64,000 nucleotides of DNA from the human T2T-CHM13v2.0 reference genome, Homo sapiens. The DNA is taken from NCBI RefSeq assembly GCF_009914755.1, contig NC_060940.1; one strand, given 5' to 3'. The stretch's first letter is position 1. Each line of letters begins with the position of its first letter. Of this stretch, positions 1 to 14,225 are shown piece after piece. A program made the translations under genes and the position numbers. A model generated the notes under the pieces. That model was not told the origin of the DNA. It did no database searches and was given only the letters and a program-made list of their open reading frames with translations.

Positions 1-385
1 CCAAATACTTACAGCCAACTGATCTTTGACAAAGTAAACAAAAACATAAAGTGGGGAAAGGACACCCTTTTCAACACATGATGTTGGGATAATTGGCGAG
101 CCACATGTAGGGGAATAAAACTGGATTCTCATCCCTCACCTTACACAAAAATCTACTCAAGATGGATTAAGAACTTAAACCTAATTCCTGAACTATAAAA
201 ATTCTAGAAGGTAACACTGGATAAACCCTTCTAGACACTGGCATAGGCAAGGATTTCATGACCAAGAACCCAAATGCAAATGCAATAAAAACAAAGCTAA
301 ATAGCTGCGACTTAATTAAACTAAATAGCTTTTGCATGGCAAAGGGAACAGTCAGCAGAGTAAACAGACAACTAACAGAGTGGGA
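1..385 (+). mobile_element. L1 ORF2 3' fragment (older primate L1), cut off at the telomeric array
   Basis: L1 ORF2 motifs: caactgatctttgacaaag, tcaagatggattaag, ataggcaaggatttcatgacc, cagcagagtaaacagacaac. Ends abruptly at gagtggga. Confidence 0.85.
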
Positions 386-665
386 ACCCTGACCCTGACC
401 CCTGACCCTGACCCCTAATTCCTGACCCTGACCCCTAACCCCTGACCATAACCCTAATCTCTAACCCTTAACCCTAACCCTAACCCCTAACCCCAACCCT
501 CACCCTAACCCAACCCTAACCCCAAATACCTAACCCCTAACCTCTCTTAACCCCTAACTCTAAACGTTGACTCTTAACCCCTAACTCTGACCCCAACTCC
601 TATCTCCAACCCTAAACTTAACCCCTAACCCCTAACCCCTAACCCTAACACCAACCTTAACCCTA
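386..665. repeat. Degenerate interstitial telomeric repeat (CCCTAA)n with CCCTGA/CCCCTAA variants
   Basis: Directly visible: accctgaccctgacccctgacc...ccctaaccctaacccctaa...ccctag. The C-rich strand is the + strand. Confidence 0.95.
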
Positions 666-1570
<905 letters not shown>

Positions 1571-2219
1571 CCGTCCTAAGAGCCCTGGAGAGACCTTAGG
1601 GGACAAGCATTAAACTGACACTCGAGTCCGTAGCCGGCTCTGCCAAAAGACTTGGGGTTGAGATGATATGAGGGCAGGGGTCAGGGAAGAAAGCGTTCTG
1701 GTTTTAGACCCACAGGAAGATCTGTGAAGCACACTTGGGTAGAGCACATGTTGCCTGGTGTGCGCTTGAAAAAAGCCTAAGAAGAGGGGGTGTCTGGAAG
1801 GAACCGCGACGCCAAGGGAGGGTGTCCAGCCTTCCCGCTTCAACACCTGGACACATTCTGGAAAGTTTCCTCAGAAAGACAGAAAAATAATAATAATAAT
1901 AATAAAAATCCAGAGGGCGGGGAGTGGGGGTGTGTGGCTAATGGGGCTTTACCGGGACTATCTGTCTTAATCCTCCAAACAACCCTGCCATAGCAGCCCA
2001 TCAGTCCTCTGAGACAGGTGAGGAACCTGAGGTCACAGGAGGACACCCAGAAGGTCCAAGCAGAGCCCCCTAGGGCCCCCACACCTCCCCCGTGCCAGCT
2101 CCAACCCCAGCTTTTTCACTAGTAAGGCACGCCTGCTGCTGGGCCACGCCCACTCCCCCAAGCGGGAGTTTGATAAACAAACTGTTAATTATTATTACCT
2201 ATATCTGGATGGGTTATGA

Positions 2220-2549
<330 letters not shown>

Positions 2550-2978
2550 TAAAATATATTTTTATTTTCAAAAATTGTGTGGTATGCATGAGTTTTATAG
2601 CAAGAAAAAATTATAATTTATTTTGAATTAAAGTCCATTGTTTTAAAATTAAGCAATAGGTGAGCTGGAATTTTAAGCTCCACAAATGACCAATAACTTA
2701 TTTGATTCCCTTTTAAACCTGTTGTCTGTTTTAATCACTCATATGGAATCATTCATATGTTTTTACTTAAAATCTAAACCAAATAATGAAGTAACTGTTT
2801 AAATTGTTAGATTTTGAATATGGTTCAGTTGGATGTAAAATGTAACTATTACTCAGGAAAACGATCTGATTTTTTTTTTAGCAAGTGATATTCTTTCTTT
2901 CTGAGAGCATTTCACAAATGTTTCTACCTAATGAATCATATTTTAAAATTAACACTTGTAATTCTTTTTTCTTTTTAG

Positions 2979-3068
2979 TTTCCTGCCTGTGATGATTCAC
3001 ATAATAAACACAATGAATTGACAGGAGATAATGTGGGTCCACTAATACTGAAAAAGAAAGAAGTATAA
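2979..3068 (+). pseudogene. CISD2: Duplicated last coding exon of CISD2 (gene fragment; upstream exons absent)
   Basis: Acceptor ctttttag, then FPACDDSHNKHNELTGDNVGPLILKKKEV*, matching the CISD2 C-terminus (FPACDGSH...KKKEV). Intron sequence upstream shows a genomic duplicate, not a retrocopy. Confidence 0.9.
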
Positions 3069-3520
3069 TAATAATATTTTAACAATATTTTCTCATTCTT
3101 TGTGTATAGAAAATTTTAAAATGGTGGTCTTAATTATTACTACTGGTTGAACAAATATTTCTTCCAATTTATTTTCTTCCTGCACTACTGTTTGTATTTG
3201 ATCCTTTGTCTATTCAGTCTCTTAATTAGAAATTAAATTGTCAAGCCTCTTATTCTGATTTCAAAGAATTAATGTATCTTCCAACAATAAAATCACTTCT
3301 GATTTTAATCTAGGAAAACCTAAATTGTGGCTATGGATCCAAAGCTGTTTGTTTCTTTGAATATCAATATTTTCAACAGGATCTTGTATTTAAAATTCCC
3401 ACCTACATTGTTAAATATGTTATTTTTTCATATCTCTTTTGGTTTTGATAATCTGAAGTGTTTTTTTCTCCTTTTGGCCTTCCAAACTGCATTTGTTTAG
3501 GTGAATTAAGAAAAATATTG

Positions 3521-3795
3521 GGCCGGGCGCTGTGGCTCACGCCTGTAATCCCAGCACTTTGGGAGGCCGAGGCGGGCGGATCATAAGGTCAGGAGATCAA
3601 GACCATCCTGGCTAACACGGTGAAACCCCGTCTCTACTAAAAATACAAAAAATTAGCCGGGCGAGGTGGCGGGCGCCTGTAGTCCCAGCTACTCGGGAGG
3701 CTGAGGCAGGAGAATGGCGTGAACCCCGGGGGGCGGAGTGTGCAGTGAGCTCCAGCCTGGGCGACAGCGAGACTCCGTCTCAAAAAAAAAAAAAA
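3521..3795 (+). mobile_element. AluY (Ye5-like) with ~19-bp internal deletion, TSD AAGAAAAATATTG (3508-3520 / 3796-3808)
   Basis: GGGCGAGGTGG and GAACCCCGGGGGGCGGAG variants; gcagtgagc|tccagcc lacks CGAGATCGCGCCACTGCAC; 13-bp TSD. Confidence 0.85.
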
Positions 3796-4198
3796 AAGAA
3801 AAATATTGCCATCAAGAATTACTTGTGTTTTCACAGAGATAGACTCTTTGCTTTACAGAGGTTGTTGGGTATTTAATATGAATATCCCAGCTTTAGAAAA
3901 GAGTAAACTGGATACAAAAAGTTCCATTGAGGAACAGTTATTTACAGTAAAAAAGATTTGTTTACTTTACAAAAGGCTTGTGTCTGCTTCTGTGTGTGTA
4001 TATTTTAAACTGTTTGACTCAGTGAGAGCTGGGGTGGAATGGCAAGAACACTTAAAACCTAACTCATGGGCTGCTGCAATTTGAAGATCAATTGGTAATA
4101 AATATAAGACATATTAATTCATATTAAAATAGTTCAGTGTCCAAAATTGTGGTTACATGGACATTTTTCTCTTTTTAACACTATAAACCATTAAAATA

Positions 4199-4453
4199 CA
4201 GTCATCCCTTGTATACACTGGGGACTAGTTCCAGGGCCACACATATACCAAAATCTGCCCATACTCAAGTCTCACAGAACGTCTTGCAGAACCCATATGT
4301 AGAAAAGTTGGCCCTCCAATTGACCCTCCGTACACATGAGTTTCACATCCCATGCACAAATGCTGATCTGTGTGACCTCACCTGCATTTGATTGAAAAAA
4401 GTATGCGCATAAGTGTACCCACCCAGTTCAAACCCATGTGTAAGGGTCAACTG
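4199..4453. mobile_element. MER2-family (TcMar-Tigger) DNA transposon
   Basis: TA|CAGTCATCCCTT ... AAGGGTCAACTG|TA termini with TA target duplication; internal ccagttcaaaccc motif. Confidence 0.7.
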
Positions 4454-4575
4454 TACAAAAAAGTTTGTGAAATAAATGTACCGGAGAATCTTTAAAATTT
4501 TTGTGCTTTTTAATCCTACTATTATGAGTCTTTTTAGTTTCATCTTACATTACTACTCTCATAATAGCTATCCTT

Positions 4576-4690
4576 AGCCAGGTGCCATGGCACAGGCCTG
4601 TAGTCCCAACTGCTGAGAAGATTGAGGTGGGAGGATGGCTGCAGTGCTGGAGCCCAGGAGTTCAAGGCCAGGCTGGGCAAAATAGTGCTC
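4576..4690 (+). mobile_element. Alu monomer (FLAM/AluJ-like) fragment
   Basis: gcctgtagtccca...gagcccaggagttcaaggcc. Confidence 0.6.
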
Positions 4691-6471
4691 TGCCTCTGCT
4701 GGACTCTGTAGGGAATCCTTTCTGTTCTGAAAGAGTTACCATTTAACCCTCTTCACTGAGTACATTTCTGAGACCTTGCTAGGCACTATGGAAACTGCTT
4801 AGTTGAGAAAAGACAAATACAAAAGCTTTTCTTTAGTCTATTTAAGATACAATTTATTCAGTTCACTTTGCTTTCTTTTTATAAGAAGGTACAAGAGGCA
4901 GAGGTAATCCTTCTAGAAATAAAACTAATTGTTATTGAGAACTCGTATGTACCAGACAGTACACTAAGCATGGTACTTGTGTTTTTAATTTATTACATGT
5001 AATGTCAGTAGGTTCAATTATATGATCAGAACATCTTCATGACCAGCAGCATGTATTTTAGAGTTAGAAATGTAGTCTGGTTTCTGAGAAGTTTTACAAG
5101 GTGTATGTCCAAAATTATTGCTCTTTCCTCACATGTCAGTGGGGGATAAATACAGCATTGCTCTCACTTCTTTGACTCTGGGCACTTTTTTGGATACATT
5201 TTCTTCAATACTGTTAAGGGGCCTCACTGTCAGATTAACCAATTATTTTTCCACAGTTGGTCACCAGACTTTGGAAAAAATCCAGCTCACCAAAATTTTG
5301 GATATCCTGGTCTGTGGTCATGAAATGCTTTTCTTTTTGTAAAATCTGTCACTGCGTCTCACAGCAACTTGTTTTCACACATGTTCTAGTCGTTCCCATA
5401 ACTTAGATTTTACAGGAGGCAAATTTACTAAAAATGAGGAGACTAAAATGAATGACCAACTTTGAATTTTGTCAAATAACATTGAAAATGAATTATCTCA
5501 TAAAAGGTAATTTTAATACCCCAAAAGTAAGATGGTTATACTCTCAGAATAAAGACTTTTTCCCTGCCACATTTTCAGTTGTTAAAATATGCTATGCCCA
5601 TATCTTTTCCCACTTGTGCAAATTTTTCAGAAGCCTACAGTTGGTAGTAAGCTGTTGCTTTAATAACTCTTTTAAATAAGCATTATTAGCAGTTTCCATT
5701 ACTTCTTGTAAATTTACACAATTTTATCTTGTCCATCTTTAAAAAATAGATATCTAATAACCAAATGTATTTGAATTGATACAGTATAAGTAACTTGTAG
5801 AACTTGAGGATAAGTGGTAAAGGAAAAGAAAAAGTAACTTGACTCTTGAAATACGTCTTGGGTTTCTAGAGCCTTCAAAATACAGCCTTGTTGTTACTGT
5901 GTCACATTATGATTGTTTTGACGGCTACTTCTGCTTACCTAGGAAACTACTCATGCCTTACTCAGCAAATGAGCACCACCATTACATAAACATCAGGTAT
6001 CCAAAAGTGTTAGCAGGCTTGAGGTATGAATGATTAATTCATATGGGTAATTAAGCAAGTTGAATTATGGAAAGCATCTCACAATTCACACAATTCAGCT
6101 TTGAGTTCAATGCCAAATATGATGATTCATTAAGTTGCCTTTGTATTTTGTAACCTAATTTGTTAATAAGTTACAGGAAGCCAATTAAGCCAGCTGCTGA
6201 TCTATATAGTACTACCTTCCTCATTGTGATTCCATAGTCTTCCAATAGAAATGTGCTATCAGAATCTGTATAAAGAGTTTGTAAATTGCACTATTTAACA
6301 AGGTTCTTAAGAATTTAGGTGGATGTTTTATTTGATACCTACCAAAGAAACTTAACTAATTGTATAACACTTAACCCATTTAGAATTCAGTTGTGGCAGC
6401 ATAACCAATCTGGAGAGACCAGGGGAGATGTTACTAATGCTTGTACTTTATTCAGAAGTGATTGCCTCATT

Positions 6472-6768
<297 letters not shown>

Positions 6769-7984
6769 GTATTTTTTTCTTCATCTAATCAAATTTATTG
6801 GGGCAGAAATCAGTACAAATTTCATAGGACAGGAGGAAACCAATATAAACATCTCAGCATTGTAGGAAATTTAACCCATGGAAAGCAGGGCTGAATTAAA
6901 GACCACTTTGAAGGCCAGGAAAAGCAGATAATTTAGATATAGTCAAAGTATGAAATCATTGATAGATCCAGAACAAGGGAATAATATATGTGTTTACATA
7001 TTAGATCTACTTTATTAACAATTTTCCCTCTGTTAAACTAATATCAACTAATAGTAGTCTAGGTAAGTCAAGTTCAAATTAAGTGGTAACTGAAAAGTCT
7101 TCCTTTTTAAAGAATTTTAATGGTAGAGGCAGCAGCTACCCAGAGTCTACTTATTCTTACTTCACATAGAATTCTAACAAGTTAGGTTATCTGATTTCTG
7201 CTTCCTAACAAATCACAAGTATCGAAAGGGTCTTGCAGAAGGGGTGAACTATAAAATGTGACAGCTGACAGCAAGGCATGGGAACAAAAATAAACTTAAG
7301 GTGAACATTAAAAACATAGCAGCTTGAGACAATTTATAGGATTCTGCATACAACCGTCTCTGAGGACATCACTGTGATCAAATTATACAAGTGATGTTTA
7401 GTGATGAATTGGAATCAAGATAAGTAGTAGGTGTTATTTAAAAAGGCAGTATATGTGTTGCATTCAGTGGCAACAATTTCCCCTTAGCTATTTAGTTAAA
7501 AGCTTAGTGCTTAACATGTTGGAAAATTTATGGGTAAAATATATTGACTTATTCCTTGACGATTGGAGGCTTTATCACAGGAAGTTTTCCCATTCAATTG
7601 AAACATTTTTCAAGCTTAATGACTATAATTTACTACATAATTTATTTTGTTAAAGTTTGAGAAAAACTAAATAAAGAAGTAGCAATTTAAGTCATAATAA
7701 ATTTTGTTAGATGACTTCTTCCACTTTAGGGGGAATTAAAAATCTTGTTTAAAAACCACATGTGCAGCAGTTCTGTGACCGCCTCAACACCTAGTTGGCC
7801 ATATAGTCCCTTTGCACCACAGAGGTTGGAGTATAGAATATGCCCAAAGCTGTTTTGTTTTGTTTTAACTATGCTGCATCATCTGAGGTTGTGTTAACAT
7901 AGTTTGTCCTAATAGTCTTTTACTGGAAAGTTGCTATATTTGATTATGTTCAGCAAGTAAACTAATTTTATCTACTTTCATATA

Positions 7985-8268
7985 TTTTGAGACAAAGTCT
8001 GGCCCTGTCATCCAGGCTGGAGTGCGGGGGCGTAATCGTACCTCACCACAGCCTCAGCCTCTTGTGCTGAAGTGATCCTCCCACCTCAGCCTCCCAAGTA
8101 GCTGAGACTACAGTCATGCTTCATCATGCCCGGCTATTTTTTTACTTTCCTAAGAGACAGAGTCTCACTATGTTACCCAGGCTGGTCTCGAAGTCCTGGA
8201 CTCAAGTGATCCTCCCTGCCTCAGCACTCCCAAAGTGCTGGGATTGCAGGTGTGAGCAACCATGCCTG
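7985..8268 (-). mobile_element. Alu (J-like)
   Basis: Antisense Alu. Confidence 0.85.
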
Positions 8269-8911
8269 GTGTTTTATCTTTTGCAGAAATCCAGTTTAGT
8301 TAAGTCATGTTGTAGCAAGCATCATTTTCATATAAAAAGTGTACAGTTCATATTATTAGCAAACGTATTCTGTAATTTTATATTAGTTATGGTCTTGAAG
8401 GACATTGAAAATCTGTTCAGAAAGACTGTGTTTTTCAACCAGAGATGACATCACTCTAACTTTCCTTTGGTTTAAATGCTTGATTCTTTGCTTACAAAAT
8501 TTCTGTTTTGAACAATTATGGTGAGAAAGTATATTTGTGATACTGTTTTCTTAGAACACTGTTGTCAGATAGATCAGCCATAATGTTAACACATTTCTGA
8601 TCTCTATTATAAGGCTGTAATTTTCCAAAATAAGATAGAAAAGGAGAAAAGGGTAGTACATTTCATAATTACTGAGATGAACCATGTACTAGTGAGAAAA
8701 TAAAAATGCCAACAATTTATTAAATTTTCAGATTTCCTGTAATTTTCCATCACTATCTCTCATACATTTCTCTGCATGATCACACTAAAGATATAAATTA
8801 ATCACATCCATTCAACAAATCAAGAAACTCAAAACTCACAAGTACAATCTTCAACTCTGTAGAATGCTACCAAGAAGTAAAATAAGATGAAGGTAGAAAG
8901 ATTCTCTTTGA

Positions 8912-9237
<326 letters not shown>

Positions 9238-9552
9238 TCACTTTGAAATGCTGCATGCAACTATATGACCACACATTGGAAAATCTAGAGAAAATGGGTA
9301 ATTTTCTGGAAAAATATAAATGACCAAAACTAATCCAAGAAGAAATTAAAAATGTTAGTAGACCAGTTACAAAGAAGATAATGTAAAATGATTTTTTAAA
9401 TCCATAATTTAAAAAGTACTAGGGTTGCAAGAAGGATAATTCCAATGTTATTTAAAGTATCCCAAATTTTTTTAAAAAAGAAAAACCAATTCATTTCACA
9501 TAGGCAGTGCAGCATTAATATGAAAACCTGATAAACATAAGACAAAACTATA

Positions 9553-9833
9553 GGCCAGGTGCCATGGCTTACACCTGTAATCCCAGCACTTTGGGAAGCC
9601 AAGGCAGGTGGATCACTTAAGATCAGGAGTTCAAGACCAGCCTGAACAATATGGTGAAACCCCGTCTCTACTAAAAATCCAAAAATTAGCCCAGCATGGT
9701 GGTGTATGTCTGTAATCCCAGCTTGAACCCAGGAGGCAGAGGTTGCAGTGAGCCAAGATCACGCCACTGCACTCCAGCCTGGGTGACAGAGCAAGTCTCC
9801 ATCTCAAAACAAAAATAAAAACAAACAAAAAAA
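9553..9833 (+). mobile_element. AluS with internal deletion; TSD AAAACTATA
   Basis: gtaatcccagc|ttgaaccc deletion in the right arm; aaaactata on both flanks. Confidence 0.8.
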
Positions 9834-10587
9834 CCAAAACTATAGACCAATCTGACTTATACATGTGAATGAATATTCTAAATAAAAACCCAGCACTGTT
9901 ATCAATAATTGCAACAACAAAAAAGAGTAATACAGTATGCAAAGAGCATTGTATTTCAGGAATTCATGGGTATTTCAATATCAGTTAAGTATATTAACAC
10001 AATTACATAATTGACATCAAAGAAGAGGAAAATGTGATTATATCAATAGATGCTGAGAGGGCTATTGTTAAGATTAAACTTCCACTCCTAATGAAGATTC
10101 TTGAGTAAAATAGAAATTGAAAGAAAGTGTCTAAACATAGCCGTTATTTATGAAATGCCTACAAAATAAGTATTTTAAATCATAAAGGAACATTTCAATT
10201 AAAACAAGGAACCAGTAGGAATAGCTGCTGTCATTATTTGTTATTAAAGATTATCTTGGAGGATCCATGAATGTAACAAGATTTTTAAATGAAATAATCA
10301 GTATAAATATAGAGAAAACTTTTTGTGGATATGATTATATGCCTAGCAAATCATAGAGATTAGGAAAAACAGAACTTTCAAATATTTTAAAGAGGAATAT
10401 TGGTAAGGTATTTGGAAATAAGATCATAATACAAAATACATTAGCAATAAGCACCTTGAAATGCTAATGGTAAAAATATTCACAATAACAAAAATAATAA
10501 AGGTAAAATAAATTTACCAAGAAAGAAGATCTACAAGAAAAAAACTATAAAAATGTTAACAAAAGCTATTAAATAAGAAACACATGG

Positions 10588-10871
10588 GGCTAGGTGCAGT
10601 GGCTCATACCTGTAATCCCAGCACTTTGGGAGGCTGAGGCAGGAGGACTGCTTGAGCCCAGGAGTTCAAGACCAGCTTCGGCAAATTGTGAAACGCTATA
10701 TCTAAACAAAACAAAACAAAACAAAAAACTATTTGGGCTTGGCGCATGCTTATAGAACCAGGTACTTGGGAGGCTGAGGTGGGAGTTTGGGGCTTCAGTG
10801 AGCTGAGATACCACAACTGCACTCCTGCCTGGGTGACAAAGTGAGACCCTGTCTCAAAAAAACAAACAAAA
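10588..10871 (+). mobile_element. AluJ
   Basis: gcttgagcccaggagttcaag J-type motif. Confidence 0.8.
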
Positions 10872-11805
10872 CTCTTGTAAAAACATAAATCTCCTAAAAT
10901 TATATATAAATTCAATTAAATTCACATTAGAATCACAAAAGCATTTTAAAATTGGATTAAATTATCTTAAAGTTCATGTAGAAGAATAGTCAGAACATTT
11001 TACCCAAAAAAAGACTATTGAGAGGAACTTTTCTCACCAGATATCAGCACCTACTATAGAACTATTGGAATTGATCAATTAAGAAAAACAATTGTATTAA
11101 TTAAGAATAAGCAAGAGTAGTAAAAAATTGAGAATCTACATGTAGATGAAAAATTAATATATGAAAATAAACAATTCAAAGAAAACAAAATTGGACCCTC
11201 AATTTACACTGAAGGCTTTGAACTGATACATAAAATGATTTTTAAAATGATTTAAATACGTACATAAATGGAGAGAGGAAGGGTGGGAGAGAAGCGGGAG
11301 AGAGAGAAAATAGAAGACTAAAGACAGGAACACCTATGTGGAAAAAGATAACACTTAATGACAAAATATGTTTTATGTGAATATCAGTTATACATAATAA
11401 ATATTGGGGACATTGCATTGTGGGTTACAGTAAAGCATTAAAAAACAGAGTAAGTGAACAAAAAAAGGAAAGAAAACTACCAAATTCCATGTATGATACC
11501 CCGTTTTGAAATTACATAAATTAAACATGTGTACACATAAGAAAATTTTAAACATTAAAATTTTGTTAACAAAATGGATTTGATAACACGAAGGCCATTG
11601 ATGACCTTACCCACAGCAGCTTTGTTTAAATGGGGATTAAGGATGGAGCAAAATTTTTATTAGAACACTTTGAATAATGAATTAGCAAACTACAATAAAC
11701 TGAAATCTTACCTACCAAATAATCTCAGTAAAGTAAACAAATCTAAAAGAAATGAATAAAACAATTGTGAGCAAAAAAGGATAGAGTCACTGCATATAAT
11801 GTAAA

Positions 11806-12290
11806 TGAGACAAGGATGGCCTCTGTGTATTGGCGCCTAGGTTATTTCTTCACAGCAAGCTGAAACCCATTAGCTCAAAAACCAACTGGCACCAAACTCA
11901 AATTTTTAAACATCCAATTGTGTTAAACATAGCCCAGACATGCAGATCTGTAGGCATTTAGAGCCTGCCTGATTTACATGCCCTGGGAAACTACGTCCAA
12001 AATCTGCTTGCCACAGATAAACTCTAGGCTGTAAAGACCCCAAGCTGCTTCTGCTCTTTGGAACTCTGTGAACTACAGACTCCATGCCATGCTGCTGAGT
12101 GATATCACTGAGACATGAAAGCCTCCTCTCTGATACTTTCCTCCCTCAGGAGTTCCTTTGCCCTCCTCCCCTTCTGAGTGGTGGCCCCCTTGTCTCAAAC
12201 CTCTGGTCCATCTCTTGCTGTGAAGGCCTTCCCCAGGATACAAACCTGACAAGAGATCATCCAGATAAAGCCCATGTGTGCTTCTGTCAC
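11806..12290. mobile_element. Possible solo LTR, family not identified
   Basis: GC-richer island starting TG and ending CA inside A-rich L1 debris. Confidence 0.3.
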
Positions 12291-12829
12291 ATCATTTTCT
12301 ATATTTTTCTAATTTTTTTCTAAACTTTTCTAATTTTTTCTTAATTTTTATAAAATTGTGGATACCTAATAATGTAGTCTCAAAATAAATAAAGCCAAAA
12401 TTAGAATTGGAAAAAGCAATAAAAAAATCTACACAGTGAGAGATTTTAACATTTCATTTTTAGTAATTGAATAAATAAACGTAAAATTAGTAAGGCTAAT
12501 CAACAGTTAAAGAATTTCTATTCTTTTCAAGCACACTTGGAGTATTTACAAAAATTGACCAGATATTAGGCCTAAAGGTAGTATCAAATGTTTACATTGG
12601 TATAACAAATGTGTAATAGCACTATTAGAAATCAATAACAAAAACTTATCCAAAAGTAATCCATGAATTTTAGAAACTACAAACAGCTTCCAAATGATTC
12701 ATGGAAGCAAGAAGAAATTATAACAAAAATTAGAACATGCTTAAAATTGAATTAAAATGAAAAGATTACCAATCATTATATATGTAAAATAACTGAAGCA
12801 GTACTTAGAGTGAAATTTACCAGAAGCAA

Positions 12830-14220
12830 TTCACATTCATGGGAAAGACAACAGCATGCATTTAGAGACTTGTCCAAGATGTATATTAGTTCTTTGACTC
12901 TCTGTCCTAATGTAGTCCAGAGACGTGAGCTGTCTGGACATTCTGTAGCATGTTACATTTGTCCATTTTATTTACCAGTTAAAATAGACTGGGTAAGAAA
13001 TAGCATGTTGGATGGCCTAGTGAGACACATGCATCCCTGAGAGAGAAAATCATCTGAAGATTTAAGGACCTGTGACATCAGTCACAGAAGATTTTAGGGG
13101 GCCCATTGGTCCCCCTATACTAAGGAATACTGTTCTGACACATTTGCTGAGTGACACAGAAGGCTTCCACCTTTGACAAAAGCTTAGGGCAGAAAAGGCC
13201 TCTGCAGCAGGTCCAGGATACAGGGCAAGCAGCCCTACTGTTTGAGCCATACACTCTAGTAGGCTCTATGGTATTAGAAGTATATGCAGTTGGAAAAAGC
13301 ACCATGTAGAGTTTATAGCAAACCCTAATAGACGATTCACACATAGTCTTGTGGGGTTCACTGGCATGGTCATTCTCTCTGCAAGTAATTGTATATTGTA
13401 TAAATATATAGCATAATTGTGTACTTTAATAGCTCCTAGCATGCTACTGCACCTAGGTAGAGATGGATTATCTGACAACAAATATTAAGTGACCATGTGG
13501 CTAAAAGTTCCCACCATGAGTTTGGTTTTGTTAGATCTACCAGATCATAAGGACAGGCTGGCCCAGCAACAAATCATAATAAAATAGAAGTAGCACATTG
13601 AATTAGTCCATTTTCACATTGCTATAAAGAACTACCCAAGCCTGGGTAATTAATAAACAAAAGAGGTTTATTGACTCACAGTTCCGTATGGCTGGAGAGG
13701 TCTCAGGAAACTTACACTTATGACTAAAGGCAAAGGTGAAGCAAGCACCTTCTTCAGAAGGCAGCAGGAGAGACAGAGAGCAAGGGGGGATGTGCCAAAC
13801 ACTTTTAAACTATCCACTCTCATGAGAACTCAATATCATGAGAACAGCATGAGGGAAATTGTCCCCATGATCCAGTCACCTCCCACCAGGTCCCTCTCTC
13901 TACATGTGGGGATTATAATTTGAGATGAGATTTTGTAGGGACACAGAGCCAAACCATATCACATCAAGGATTGGGCATGAGAAAGACTAGAGGACACAAG
14001 TAAGCAGTATGATCAGGTGATCCAGGTCCCCACATTATCCAAATTGTGACAATAGATTCTCTCCCTCAGCTGGCAACTCTGCCTATGTGGGAGTTCCAAT
14101 ATTGCTAAAGGAGGAAAAAAGCTAAGCTTGTTCATTGGAAGATCAACTCAGGATGCGGATGTAAGTAAAAAATGATAGCAACCTACTTCAGCTATGGAAA
14201 GATAGCAGTAGATTAAATCC
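12830..14220 (+). mobile_element. ERVL-type internal (pol RT/RNase H) remnant
   Basis: gaaaaggcctctgcagcaggtccagg... encodes a degenerate EKALQQVQ...ALLFEPY, typical of ERVL pol. Split by a THE1/MST LTR. Confidence 0.6.
13599..13961 (-). mobile_element. THE1D/MSTA-type MaLR solo LTR
   Basis: attagtccattttcacattgctataaagaactacc...gacacagagccaaaccatatca. Confidence 0.85.
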
Positions 14221-14225
14221 TCCCA

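Larger units (their letters stand above)
9240..11200 (+). mobile_element. Highly diverged ancient L1M ORF2 remnants interrupted by Alus
   Basis: A-rich, with L1-like motifs (gaaaatctagagaaaatgg, tatcaatagatgctga, aagttcatgtagaag). Confidence 0.5.

Noticed and set aside
386-665. True chromosome end or head-to-head telomere fusion
   Set aside because: The array is short, degenerate, flanked on both sides and in one orientation only.
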